Shown in pieces: positions 38,857-50,503 of a DNA stretch of 64,000 bases. The notes under the pieces are model-generated. The model was not told where the DNA came from and made no database searches. It worked only from the letters and a program-made list of their open reading frames with translations. The stretch covers positions 157,315,922 to 157,379,921 of the forward strand of contig CM035843.1 of NCBI GenBank assembly GCA_020510985.1, given 5' to 3'. This DNA comes from Pholidichthys leucotaenia. Taxonomy: Eukaryota. How positions within the stretch are numbered: position 1 is the stretch's first letter; each line of letters starts with the position of its first letter. A program made the position numbers and the translations under genes.

Positions 38857-40089
38857 TGTGACATTGTAGGTGACTTTCTATTGGCTTAAGCTCTTTTAAG
38901 AACACATGCTTTGAGGTTAACTGTGTGTTTTCTGGACAGTGAATATTGATCAAATCTAGGAGATCTGAGAGAGCCATGCCTGTGAGTCCGTGTCTCAAAA
39001 CAAATGAAAGTATAAGTAAAAAACTCTGAGCTTGGGTTAGTCGTGAACCAGTGTAAAGTGTCTCTTCGTTTTCCAGTTCATGACCGACTTTTCCAAAATG
39101 TGATTCCTCATTTACTGACTCATCAGGGCTATCTTCAAATAAAAGGGAAGATTCTTCTTCACTTCCAATAATGGATCCAAGACTGTCATCCAAGTCATTA
39201 TGAATATAGTTACTGGTATTTGGTGACACGTGGCTGCAATTAGGTTCATCATTGAATGGAGGTTCACTTTCTGTGGAACATTCATCCTCAAACAAGAGTG
39301 GGGAAGTAAGACATCTGGGAACAGAATCGCTGCAGTCAACATGCAGGCTCTATATATGGAGAAAAGAAAAAAAATTCTGGTTAGAGAAATGTTGTTTGAT
39401 TCACTTACTTACTGTCACTTTAGTTCTTCAGTACCTTCAGTGAATTAGTCAAAAGTTTAACTACACACAATCCAGTAGAGCCAGTGACAATAAACTGAAA
39501 CACTTTATACCAATTTCACTTTACTGTCACAGTTGCTGCTCTACCCCTTTGCTGATCTGGAGAGAGCAGTAAACACTAATGCTTCCTCTGACAATTGCCA
39601 ACCACTACTTTTAAACTGACAGGATGTAGCTTCACCAGCATGCTCCGTCCTGACTGACGGTGCAGTGACCTGGACTGAGCATTCATCCTAGCTTCCAACC
39701 TGCAGACAGCTACAAATATGTTCCACACAGTTGAAACTTACACAGACTTTGGCTCTTTCTGATAAACTTTGTTGTCCACTGAGAGGAGAATATGGTTCAG
39801 AATCGTAATCAACCTAAAAAAAACACATTAGAAAATAAAAACCCATAGAAAGTTTACAAACCAACCTGCATGTTACAACATGCAAACTACAGAAACTATA
39901 CACACTTTACAAAATGTACGCTATAGAGGTTATGCACATGTCGTCATGAGCACGACAACAGTGTTGCATCCTTAGCAATAGAAGCTAAACTGAGTGGATT
40001 GCAAAATCAACGCATTTCTGTTCAGTAGACTCGAGTTGTGACTTTCTTTCTTTTCCTCGCAAAACATTCTCAAATGGTGAAGCTCTGTC

Positions 40090-41060
40090 ATGTCACTGAT
40101 CACACAAACCTCCATCCATCCATCTTCTACCGCTTTTCCAGAGGTCCGGGTCACGGAGGCAGCAGTTCAAACAGAGAAGCACAGACTTCCCTCTCCCCAG
40201 CCACCTGCTCCAGCTCTTCACAGAGGATACCAAGGTGTTCCCAGACCAGCTGGGAGACATAGTCTCTCCACCGAGTCCTGGGTCTGCCCCGGGGTCTCCA
40301 CCTCAAGTGGGAGGCGTCCAGGAGGCATCCTAATCAGATGCCCATACCACCTCAACTGACTTCTTTCAATGTGGAGGAGCAGCGGTTCTACTCTGAGCCT
40401 CTCCCGGATGACTGAGCTCCTCACCCTATCTCTGAGGGTGAGTCCAGCATTCCTATGGAGAAAGCTCATTGTAGCCACTTGTATCCACGATCTTATTCTT
40501 TCGGTCATTACCCAAAGCTTGTGAGGTGAGAGTAGGAACGTAGATTGACTGGTAAATCGACAGCTTTTCCTTAGAACTAAGCTCCCTCTTCACCACAACA
40601 GACCGGTACAACGTCCGCATAACTGCAGATGCTGCTCCAATCCGTCTGTCAATCTCTCGCTCCATTTTCCCCTCACTCGTGAATAAGACCCCAAGATACT
40701 TAAACTCCTCCACTTGGGGCAGGAGCCTGTCCCCAACCCAGAGAGGACAAGCCACCTTTTTCTGGCTGAGGACCATGGACTCGGACTTGGAGGTGCCAGC
40801 CGCTTCACACTCAGCGGCAAACTGTCCCAGCAAGAGCTGTAGGACATTGCTGGATGAAGCCAACCGGACAACATCATCTGCAAACAACAGAGATGAGATC
40901 CTGTGGTCAATGTACACTATACTCACCATAATGTGGCTGACATCATGTGCATCTTCAGAGCCATTGTCAGAGTCATAGTGAGAGGAATTTTCATTCAGAT
41001 TCTGTGTTGCAGAAAAGAATACAAAGTATTGATAAACCTTTGTTACACAATACACGCACA
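40090..41060 (-). mobile_element. LINE RT-C-terminal fragment
   Basis: ORF 40453..41055(-) carries LLFADDVVRLASS and FKYLGVLFTSEGKMEREIDRRIGAASAVMRTL. ORF 40218..40508(-) carries MTERIRSWIQVATMSFLHRNAGLTLRDRVRSSVIRERLRVEPLLLHIERSQLRWYGHLIRMP, the conserved LINE ORF2 C-terminal tail. Confidence 0.75.
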
Positions 41061-41418
41061 GTCACCAGCCACCAACAGGATCTAGCATGTGGGAGATGCT
41101 ATTCCAACCAGTTGCCTTCCCTCCAAACTTGATTAAAGAGATACATGGGTTGCCAGAGCGACAAAAATCCCATCAGCTAGATAATCTACAGTATTTATTT
41201 ATGTATCCTTGAAGAACACCTGGTTGGACCATTTTATCCATTTTTAAGCTTTTAAAAAACCACAACTGTATTGACCAAGTGCAGCACTCCCACTTCTGCC
41301 TACCTACAAGTTTGATTAAAGAGATACTCCACATCCCCAAATCAGAAGTATCATCTCAGTTAGTAGGGAGATACCAGTGTAGCTTTACCATGACATCACA
41401 ACACTTCTGACTACTGAC

Positions 41419-42273
41419 TAGGGATGGGCATACTTTACCGATTAACTGATAATTGATCATTAAGAATTTCACCGAGGAAGTTCATTTTCGTCGACAAACC
41501 GTTTTTTTTTTTTTTTTAAACAATCCGACGTTATTAGGCCTAGTGCACGGCCGTCCTCAAACAATGCAATGGCAAAATTTGGGCACCAGGGGGCAACATT
41601 ACACCATCGCCGTACCCTGGCGTGCCTCAGTTGATACATGCGGGCTTCCGTAGGGCAATCGCCAAATCATGAAGCGGTTATGGCGAAGTGTTGCGTGGGA
41701 CCATTTCAATTTAAAAAATGACCAGGTGTACTGCAATCACTGCAATGCAGCATACAAATATACCTCATCGACAGGGTCCATGGAACACCCTTATTACGCG
41801 AAGAAACCGCCAACAGTGGTTGCGCGCTGAGTAATGGCGGTCGTGAAGATTCTTTTTTTTTTTCAGAAACTTTATTGAGAAGGTCATGAAGATTCAGTGT
41901 ACACACGTCGAGGGAAGCTGCAGGAGGCGGCGTAGTGGCTCGACGGGAAGACTATTTCGCACAAAATGGCACAAGAGAACAGCAAAAAGTTCTGCGCGGC
42001 TAGACTAAGTAACACGAGCGATAGAGCAATGAATGCGGTCTTCGTTTGTTGGGTGGCCGCTCGGCAGGGACAGTCGGCCAATCAGCTTGCGGGGTGAAAC
42101 GTCTCGGCCAATCAGCTTGCGAGATTCCCGAGGGCTCTCCGTGCTGATTCCTGATGTTCTAATGTAGTCTACCTGCCTTGTTATGTACCTAAAAATGTTA
42201 ATGATTAACCGATTATTAATCATTAATTCTCCCGACGATCGGTGAAGAAAATTTCACCGAATGCCCATCCCTA
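41419..42273. mobile_element. hAT-like non-autonomous element (~855 bp): TIR TAGGGATGGGCAT, 8-bp TSD CTACTGAC, and an internal BED-zinc-finger remnant
   Basis: ctactgac at 41411..41418 and at 42274..42281. Terminal tagggatgggcat is matched by atgcccatcccta. Subterminal ccgattaa and ttaatcat repeats. 41700..41830 translates as NDQVYCNHCNAAYKYTSSTGSMEHP, a BED-like C..C..H pattern. Confidence 0.7.
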
Positions 42274-43736
42274 CTACTGACTATCCCTAACCTATTGCTG
42301 CCTGAACTGTAATAAACACACAAACAGATCTCGGAACCCCCCCCCCCCCCCCAGCAAAAAACAAATATGTTAATATTGCACTATAATGCAAGCGCTACAG
42401 AGGCCAGATTCTTGCAAAAGTTGAAACTTACAGAGTCTTCTGCTCCTGAAAAACTTTGTAGTCCAGTGAGTGGAACCCAAGGTTCAGAATAATCATCCTA
42501 ATAAAACAGAAATAAATAACAAAATGCCGGTAAACAAAAATGAACACCCATACAGTCTACAAACCAATCTGCAAGTTACCATGATGTATGTAACATGCTA
42601 ACTCCACAATATATTTTTAATACAAAACCTAAAATATACTGAACACTAAATCTGCACAATTAAAGACTGCCTGAAATGCAATGAATAATGCTGTAAGTGT
42701 TTTATTAACATGGATCATGCACGCAGAGCATGAGATGGTTTCGTCTTGTGTTGAAAATCCAGCACACACCTTTCTCTGGCAGTGGTGCGCTCCATCTCTC
42801 TGCCAAAGCACAAACACATTGTGCTTTTTCTTTATATATCTCAAGTGGGCATCAATATGTGGGGCCTATGTTAGCATTATTAAAGCAGACCAATTCATTC
42901 TTAAAAAGTCCTATTGTCAGTGCAGTATTAAACACTGTCACATTGTAGAGCTGAGTGCCTCAGTGCTCTGGTGATTTTTCTGTGCTCTACATGAAATACC
43001 TTATTTGAAAATAGCCGATCAACGAGCTTGTCGATCTGCTATTTAAGGTTTTCCAGAATCTGAAACTTACATGGCCCTCTTCTGTAGTTCCCCATAGTCT
43101 TTCTGAAGATGGTTCACCTTGGGGGGATCCAGGCATCAGAACTGGCATGAGCTCTTGTCTAAACAAAAGATGACAGTTTCCATCTAATGACTGCAACAAA
43201 TTTGACAAAAATATGTAGCTGTAACTCAGTCACAATATCGTCATTGCCAAAATGTACTCTACACATAGACTACACATATTTTAAGATATTGATGAAGACA
43301 TCTGTTGCTGGAGATGCATCTGGCAATACAATAGTAATTATTAAAAATAAGAAAAAATAGTTCTATTTTGTGAGAAGTAGATCTGGCTACATATAGCCAA
43401 GTACAGTATAGTTTAACGCTACATGTTTAAAGTTCATGACTTACCACATCCTGGTTTGGCTGATCAATCTTGGTATCTCTCATTGCTTCCCTAAAGTGAT
43501 AGAAAACATAGATTCATATTAATCTTTGAATACATGATTCTCAAGCTTAATTCCCCCTGAGGAAATACATAGATCTATTAAATAAAAATGTTACTGTGAC
43601 ATGATCATATCAATAGATGCAAAATGATAAATGGTGTAATGCTAAATGCAAATAGAAGATAGTAGCCGTGTTATAAATAATGTTATGTCACCCCAAGTTA
43701 CCTCTCTTCGGCTAGGCAACATCATGGCTACAGTCA

Positions 43737-43763
43737 CATCCAAAGCAATGAAAATAATAAAAT

Positions 43764-43790
<27 letters not shown>
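43737..43790. repeat. (TAA)n microsatellite flanked by a ~50-bp direct repeat
   Basis: aataataataataataataataataacaataat; ggcRacatcatggctaSagtcacatYcaaagcaat occurs on both sides, at 43710 and 43818. Confidence 0.85.
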
Positions 43791-43794
<4 letters not shown>

Positions 43795-44149
43795 TAATCC
43801 TCTTGTCTATCATCCCTAGGCGACATCATGGCTAGAGTCACATTCAAAGCAATAAAAAAGAATTGTCCCCTCCATCATCCCTGTCTATCAGTTTTGTTTG
43901 CAGCAGATATAATTATCGTGTGCTGTATAAACGGCCAGAATCAAGCAGAAAGGACTAACCTTTTTTTCCATAATCGTCTTGTTCTTCTTGGGATATCCGT
44001 TTCAGAACCAGGGAGGATATATTTCCTTTTCAGTCGGACTCGGTCCATTTTCTACATTTGTCTGTACTCTGAGCTAGCTAACGTAAGGTTAGGTTGTTTT
44101 GATTTGAAAACGGATGGGATGAGATACATGACTACTTTTACCAGAGTGC

Positions 44150-44311
44150 TCAGCGCGAATGGAGCATGCGCATAACAATCGCCCCGAACAAGCCAGCCAA
44201 TCATGGCACAATGACGTCTTTCATGCATGCGCAATGCTAGGCGCGAATGTCGGTTGCTTTAAGCGGGAAGAAGAAACGGAGAGGCACAACCATAATATAT
44301 ATTTAGCAAAA
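44150..44311 (+). promoter_or_regulatory. Putative promoter of the candidate gene: CCAAT box, CRE-like TGACGTCT, NRF1-like GCATGCGC
   Basis: agccaatcatgg at ~44192, tgacgtct at ~44207, catgcatgcgcaatg at ~44222, with the ATG at 44312. The ORF is also open from 44159, so the start assignment is uncertain. Confidence 0.3.
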
Positions 44312-45829
44312 ATGTCAAAATATAGGTTTGCCCTTGTTAGTTGGGCGAAGGGACCTGACAAAGATAAAACCAGCATCGTTCCCATCAGCTGGATAATTGA
44401 TTTTGACCCAGCTGCTACTACTGACACGACATATCTTGTTGAATGTCGAACAACTAACAGCAAGAAGCCTGCTAATGGATGGCCCATTGAAGATGCTGTT
44501 GTTCTTCAGTTAGCAGGCAAGTCGGTCTTACACACACTCTCACACTTGACCTATTACTTATTTCCTACCAGTTACTGTATTATCAAATACAGCAACAAAA
44601 TGTTCTGTTTATTATGTCAAAATGTGTATCCCGTATTTCACTATTTTGCAGTCTTAAATTTGGCACACAATTATTTATTCTGTAGTATTTATTAATACAG
44701 TGGTGTTTAGTTTGATATTAAATCTATCCTTATAAATTAATGTAGAAAAAGAGGCTACACTGAGAGCTGCTGAGCGGGAACTGGAAGCACAGGAACTGAG
44801 CGGGAACATGCCGGCCAAGAGGGTGAGAAAAGGAAAACACCTGGACTTTGATGAAGAATATTTTGGTACTGGTGACAAAGCCTCTGGCTCTGGAAATCCA
44901 AAACAGGTAATTCAACAGAGATTGATATCACATTATGCATCATTTGTGTAATGGATTATCCATAACTAAATAATAAAAATTAATATCTTTGCCCTATAGA
45001 AAAAGGCCAAAGTTGCTGCTCAAAGACGGGTGGAAGAGGAATTACTGTCAGGGAACAGTCAGTTCAGCCTCGGTCCAGCAGAATCGTCAAGCCAGGAAAG
45101 AGATGACTTTACCAGAGATCTGCAGAGCCAGATCAAGGCTTTACATAAAGAAAACTCCAAACTGCGGAACATGGTAGTTAAAGGCATGTATTGAGTATTA
45201 TGTCATCAAATATTATTACATATCATATGATATTACTCCATTTAGACCTGAGGGTGATTCTAAAGATGCTATCTAAATCTAAAAAGCAATTGCCCATATC
45301 AGCCCATGTGTGGTCAGATAGGTGGGTTACAGGTATTTTAAGAGCATGTTTGAAGAATCACGAGCATAATTATCACTCACACAAGCATAATAAGCAGAAA
45401 AATGATGGTTGCAATTTGTCTATGTGATTGTGCAAGTAACAACCATCAGTCACAGTCTGTATCATTTATACTGATTGTTACTGTTAATGAGCCCAGGGTA
45501 AATGAGCATGATATACTGTACATGAAGTCAGTGTCAATTCTATAACTTGCTCCTGTTACGATTATTTTAATGATACGTCAATTGATTTGTAGCATCTTGG
45601 ACAATATTGGTCTTCATGGTTGCTGTCTGAATAATCTTGTACTTTTTTCTCAGAAATTCCAGCTCTGTTGGTGGAGGTGAGAAAACTTGTCTCCTTCAAC
45701 ACCACCACCACCACCACCACCACCAACAAAGATGTTGACAACCACCCCACCAAACATGCTGATGAACCTTATGCAGAGAGTGATGGCCCAGGTGAAACAT
45801 CACTTTGCACACCTTGCAGACCTTCACAT
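44312..45829 (+). CDS. Candidate host protein-coding gene, 5' part of four exons: N-terminal beta-barrel-like domain, coiled coil and poly-Thr; further exons not identified
   Basis: Exon 1 is 44312..44516 (MSKYRFALVSWAKGPDKDKTSIVPISWIIDFDP, YLVECRTTNSKKPANGWPIEDAVVLQLA) with donor AG|GCAAGT, the GC-AG consensus. Exon 2 is 44746..44906 (EKEATLRAAERELEAQELSGNMPAKRVRKGKHLDFDEEYFGTGDKASGSGNPKQ) with donor CAG|gtaatt. Exon 3 is 45000..45183 (KKAKVAAQRRVEEELL, QSQIKALHKENSKLRNMVVK) with acceptor tttgccctatag and a putative GC donor AAG|gcatgt. Exon 4 is 45654..45829 (EIPALLVEVRKLVSFNTTTTTTTTNKDVDNHPTKHADEPYAESDGPGETSLCTPCRPSH) with acceptor acttttttctcag and donor CACAT|gtaagt. The phases are consistent at 1, 0, 1, 0. 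Confidence 0.4.
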
Positions 45830-45928
45830 GTAAGTATTTGCACAGAGCGCAACCCCAATAAAACCCATGGCAGCCTGTCTACCCAATTTGCATCTGTCAA
45901 TGAAGCCCTGAGTGCTGCTTTCAGTGAT

Positions 45929-46336
45929 CTATGAAAACGCTTGCATAACCCATAGTCCCGACGGGACTCCAAAATGCGCCACCCATGCTGTTAAAAAAGT
46001 GCGCGCTACATCCACGGACGCGGTTGCCGCCAGCGGGACCGCTTCTGGCCAGCGCGTGGTGCAGTCCACCATTGTCAGGAGGTGCGTCCACCCCTGTGAT
46101 GGCAGGAGGGGGCCCACGAGGTCCACGTGAACATGGTCGAACCTCTTAGCCGGAATACGAAACGGCTCCAAGGGAGCCTTCGTGTGTCTGTGTACCTTGG
46201 CTCGTTGGCACACCACGCAGGCTGCAGCCCACTCTTTCACTTGTTTGCGTAGGCTCGGCCACACAAATTTTTCTCCCACCATTTTGACCGACGCGCGCAC
46301 TCCTGGGTGCGCCAGAGTGTGAACCGACTCAAACAC
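45929..46336 (-). CDS. Gypsy copy B integrase HHCC finger plus the start of the DDE core
   Basis: HPGVRASVKMVGEKFVWPSLRKQVKEWAAACVVCQRAKVHRHTKAP and FDHVHVDLVGPLLPSQGWTHLLTMVDCTTRWPEAVPL. Confidence 0.8.
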   Translation of the reverse strand: MFESVHTLAHPGVRASVKMVGEKFVWPSLRKQVKEWAAACVVCQRAKVHRHTKAPLEPFRIPAKRFDHVHVDLVGPLLPSQGWTHLLTMVDCTTRWPEAVPLAATASVDVARTFLTAWVAHFGVPSGLWVMQAFS

Positions 46337-46546
46337 GCGGCCGGGACCACCGGACGCGGGCGACCCATGGAGACATCACAGATTGGGGGGGGGGGGGCTC
46401 CATCCTGCAGCACCCTGCTCTCCAGCCTTAACCCTGTTGGTCCAGACTGGAGCGCGCGCACGTCTGCATCGCTAATCTGCTCCGCGGCCATGGCTGCGTA
46501 ATCTATCCCCACGCAGACTGGGGCCACCAAGGCATGCGAGAGGCAG

Positions 46547-49500
46547 TCAGAATCAGAATCAGAATCAGAATCAGAATCAGAATCAGGTTTATTGCCATTG
46601 TTCATGTAGTACACAAACTAGGAATTTGTCTCGGTACAATGCTGCAACATTAAACATGATAAGATAAGAGAAATAAACTATACATGTAATAAAGTGTAGG
46701 ATAAGATTAAGTGATACTGGTCAACAGTTAAAATATATATTAGCCAGCAGCAGATACTGTGGAGAACCATATAGTGCAGTCGGTAATGCAGGAAGAAAAC
46801 AGTGATGATTGACATGAGTCTGGTTGAGCTGCTGTACATGGTGCACGAGAGTCAATAAGTCACTTAGTGTTCAGCAGTCTAATGGCAGAGGGGAAGAAGC
46901 TGTTCATGTGACGGGAGGTTTTAGTCTGGATGGACCGAAGTCTTCTACCAGAGGGGAGGGGGGCAAACAGTACGTGACCAGGGTGTGAGGGATCGGCTAT
47001 GATCCGGCCAGCACGCCTCCGGGTCCTGGAGATGTACAGATCCTGGAGAGATGGGAGCTTGCAGCCGATCACCTTCTCAGCAGTGCGCACGACGCGCTGC
47101 AGCCTTAGTCTGTCTCTGGCAGTGGCTCCTGCGTACCACACGGTTATGGAGGTGGTGAGGATGGACTCGATGATGGCTGTGTAGAACTGCACTAACATCT
47201 TGGTGGGTAGCTTGAGCTTCCTCAGCTGCCGCAGGAAGAACATCCTCTGCTGGGCTTTTTTGATGAGTGAGCTGATGGTCAGCTCCCATTTGAGGTCCCT
47301 GGTGATGGTAGTGCCTAGGAAGCGGAAGGAATCAGCAGTGGTGATGGGAGAGCCTGAGAGGGTGAGGGGGGGCAGAGGAGTAGTGACTTTCCTGAAGTCT
47401 ACAATCATCTCCACTGTCTTCAGAGCGTTCAGCTGCAGGTTGTTATTGCTGCACCAGGACGCCAGCTGGGCCACCTCTCTCCTGTAGGCGGACTCGTCGC
47501 CGTTGGAGATGAGCCCGATGAGGGTGGTGTCGTCCGCAAACTTGATCAACTTGACAGACTGGTGGCTGGAGGTGCAGGAGTTGGTGTAAAGGGAGAAGAG
47601 TAGGGGGGAAAGTACACAGCGCTGGGGTGATCCGGTGCTGATGCTAGTATAGTCTGAGACAGTCTTTCCCAGCCGCACATGCTGCCTCCGGTCCGTCAGG
47701 AAGTCGATGATCCACCTGCAGAGGGAGTCAGGCACGTTGAGCAGGGACAGCTTGTCCCGGAGCAGAGCGGGGCGGATGGTGTTGAATGCGGAGCTGAAGT
47801 CCACAAACAGGATCCTGGCGTAGGTTCCCGGGGAGTCCAGGTGCTGCAGGATGGAGTGGAGGGCCAGGTTGACTGCATCGTCTACAGACCTTTTGGCTCG
47901 GTAGGCAAACTGCAGCGGGTCCAAGAGAGGGGTGGTGATGGACTTGAGGTGGGACAGGACCAGGCGCTCAAAGGACTTCATGACTACAGAGGTGAGTGCT
48001 ACAGGTCTGTAGTCATTAAGTCCAGTGATCCGTGGCTTCTTGGGGACAGGGATGATGGTGGAGGATTTGAGGCAGGACGGCACGTGGCATAACTTAAGGG
48101 AGGTGTTAAAAATGTCTGTGAATACAGGAGCCAGCTGTTTTGCACAGAGTCTCAGGGTGGAGGGAGACACGCCGTCTGGGCCGGGGGCCTTGCGCGGGTT
48201 CAGTCTGGAGAACTGTTTGAGCACATCCTGCTCACTGATGATAAGGGGAGGGGGGGAGGAGGGGGGGGTGCCTTAAATGAAGTAGGGAATGTGGAGGCTG
48301 TGGAGCTGGAGGGAGGGGGGAAGTTGGACACAGATGACGAGGTGTCAAAACGGGCATAGTGTTGGGACAGTCTTTGACAAAGGGCTTTGTCATCCTGACC
48401 TTTAGGAGCCTTAGGTCGATAGTTGGTGATTTGCCTCAGTCCTCTCCACACAGACATATATCCACAAAAGTGGATATATGAGTTCACAGTGTCCGTGTAC
48501 TCATCCAGATCATGCATGGCTCCTTTAAGCATGCCCCAGTCAGATATTTCCATGCACGTTTCCAGCTTCTCCTCAGCATCACTGGTCCGTATCTTCGTAG
48601 TGCTCACAACAGGTTTAGTGAGCTTCAATCTCTGTCTGTATGTGGGAATGAGGTGAACCATCACGTGATCAGATAATCCCAGCGCAGCTCGAGGGACAGC
48701 GCGATATGCGTCTTTCACTGTGGTGTAACAGTGATCCAGTGTGTTTAATCCTCTGGTGGGGCATTTAATAAACTGTTTGTAGCGGGGGAGATCGTGGCTC
48801 AGATTGCACTGATTAAAGTCGCCAGCCACAATAATCAGCGAGTCTGGAAAACTCCGCTCTGTGTGTTGAATGTGATCCGCGAGCACGCGCTGAGCTTCGC
48901 GCGTGTCCGCGTCGGGAGGGGCGTACACAGCGATCATTATGAAAGAAGCAAACTCCCGCGGGGAATAGAAGGGCTTGCAATTGATAACAAGAAATTCCAA
49001 GGCAGGAGAACAGTGTTTGGAAATTACCATTACATCAGAGCACCAGCTGCAGTTGATGTAGAAGCAGACACCGCCTCCTGTGGTCTTGCCGGAAAGCTCT
49101 GTGTCACGATCAGCACGGAAGAGCTGAAAGCTGTCGAGGCGCAGCGCGCTGTCCGGTATATTTTCCCGGAGCCAGGTCTCAGTAAAGCAGAGGACAGCTG
49201 AGGAGGCGAGGTCCTTAAAACGCATCAGCAGTCTCAGTTCATCTACCTTGTTAGAGAGAGAGTTGGTATTGGACAGAAATATGCCAGGCAGCGCCGTTCG
49301 CGAGCCTGTCCTGCGAAGTCGTACGAGAGCGCCCGCTCATCTTCCTCTCTTCCGCCGTCTCACTTTCCGAGCCAAACAATAAACCAGATCGGCGGCAGGG
49401 GCTAGAAAAACTGGGAGGAGGTCCGTGGGGGTGAAAGTCCTGATATTTAGAAGTTCTTCACGGGTATAAGTGCAAGCAGACACACAATTGACAAACAAAA

Positions 49501-49550
49501 ACAAACAAAGAGCGCAGCGAAGCACCATGTCGACCGCTGTGGGCGCCATC
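46547..49550 (-). mobile_element. L2-type LINE (~3.0 kb: ORF2 endonuclease plus RT, (TGATTC)n 3' tail) nested inside the Gypsy copy B integrase/RNase H region
   Basis: (gaatca)n at 46547..46586 forms the 3' tail. RT ORF 46860..48224(-) carries [33 protein letters not shown] and ends [10 protein letters not shown]-endonuclease ORF 48200..49225(-) carries CFTETWL and IVAGDFNQ. The ORF2 N-terminus 49337..49549 carries TREELLNIR and RKRGR. There is a frameshift near 48210. Confidence 0.85.
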
Positions 49551-50399
49551 TTGGATGCTTTCCAAGATGTAGTCCGCCACTACATTCAGTTTACCAGACA
49601 CATGCTGAATATCAGTAGTAAACTCTGAGATCGCGGCCAGCTGTCTCTGCTGCCGGCCCGACCACGGTTCTGAAACCTTGGCCATCGCGAATGTTAGTGG
49701 CTTGTGGTCCACGAACGTGGTGAAGCTGCGCCCTTCCAGCCAGAACTGGAAGTGGCATATGGCCAGGTGAAGGGCCAGCAACTCTCTGCCGAATGCGTTG
49801 TATTTACGTTCGCTGTCGCGCAAAGTTCTGCTGAAAAAAGGGAGCGGCTGCCAAGCCCCGGCGACGCGCTGCTCCACGACAGCCCCTATGGCCATGTCTG
49901 AAGCGTCGGTGGTGAGCGCTATGCGGGCCGTCGGGTCTGGATGCGTCACCAGTGCGGCGTTTGACAGGGCTGCTTTAACTTCCGAGAACGCCCGCTCTCG
50001 CTCCGGGGTCCATTCGACCCTATCCGCGGGTTTCTGCTTCTTGAGCGCGGCGTATAATGGTTGCATGAGCTGCGCCGTGCAGGGAAAGAAATGGTTATAA
50101 AAGTTCACCATTCCCAAAAATTCCTGCAGCGCGCTGACGGTCTGAGGCCAGGGAAAATCCGCCACGGTGCCCACCTTGTCGGGCAGCGGGATCGCTCCTT
50201 CGGGAGAGATGCGGTGCCCCAAAAAATCAATCTCCGTCATGCCGAACTGGCATTTCGCCGGGTTGATTATTAACCCGTGCTCCTTCAACCTCCGGAAAAC
50301 CGTCCTGAGGTGGGTTTCGTGTTCGTCTTCGGACGCACTGGCTACCAGGATATCGTCCACGTAGACGAACACAAACGGGGAGATCGCGCAGCACTGCAT
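49458..50399 (-). CDS. Gypsy copy B RT C-terminus plus RNase H ORF
   Basis: [11 protein letters not shown] (the YxDD box), [13 protein letters not shown], and the RNase H segment [17 protein letters not shown]. The last ~30 codons read through into the L2 5' end. Confidence 0.8.
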   Translation of the reverse strand: MQCCAISPFVFVYVDDILVASASEDEHETHLRTVFRRLKEHGLIINPAKCQFGMTEIDFLGHRISPEGAIPLPDKVGTVADFPWPQTVSALQEFLGMVNFYNHFFPCTAQLMQPLYAALKKQKPADRVEWTPERERAFSEVKAALSNAALVTHPDPTARIALTTDASDMAIGAVVEQRVAGAWQPLPFFSRTLRDSERKYNAFGRELLALHLAICHFQFWLEGRSFTTFVDHKPLTFAMAKVSEPWSGRQQRQLAAISEFTTDIQHVSGKLNVVADYILESIQDGAHSGRHGASLRSLFVFVCQLCVCLHLYP

Positions 50400-50503
50400 C
50401 CATCATGCGCTGGAACGTCTGTGCCGCTCCTTTTAACCCGAATGGCATGCGCAGGAACTCGAATAGACCGAATGGAGTTATTACCGCTGTTTTGGGTATG
50501 TCC

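Larger units (their letters stand above)
35283..43158 (-). pseudogene. CACTA/EnSpm-like (Tnp2, Transposase_21, DUF4218) transposase gene, apparently spliced, interrupted by Tc1 no. 3 and carrying frameshifts
   Basis: Coding blocks on the - strand: 36800..37255 (CPNC zinc motif, then KMYRNLNKIGGPLDCAHGYSLTLNCDGVPVFKSS, LFGIWSLYG and LPYPVRK, the Transposase_21 signature); 36222..36773 (IPHFDIISGMPPDHMHNIHLGV); 35283..36191 (C-terminal DUF4218-like). The N-terminal exon 38857..39342 has acceptor tttttttcttttctccatatatag at 39343..39366. Upstream mini-exons 39742..39813 (72 nt), 42432..42497 (66 nt) and 43071..43158 (88 nt, contains an ATG) each end in the donor gtaagtttca. Joining them gives one ORF: MPVLMPGSPQGEPSSERLWGTTEEGH, DDYSEPWVPLTGLQSFSGAEDS, VDYDSEPYSPLSGQQSLSERAKVC, SLHVDCSDSVPRC and onward. 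Frame breaks at 36774..36799 and 36192..36221, and the Tc1 at 37256..38856 lies inside the coding region. Confidence 0.6.
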
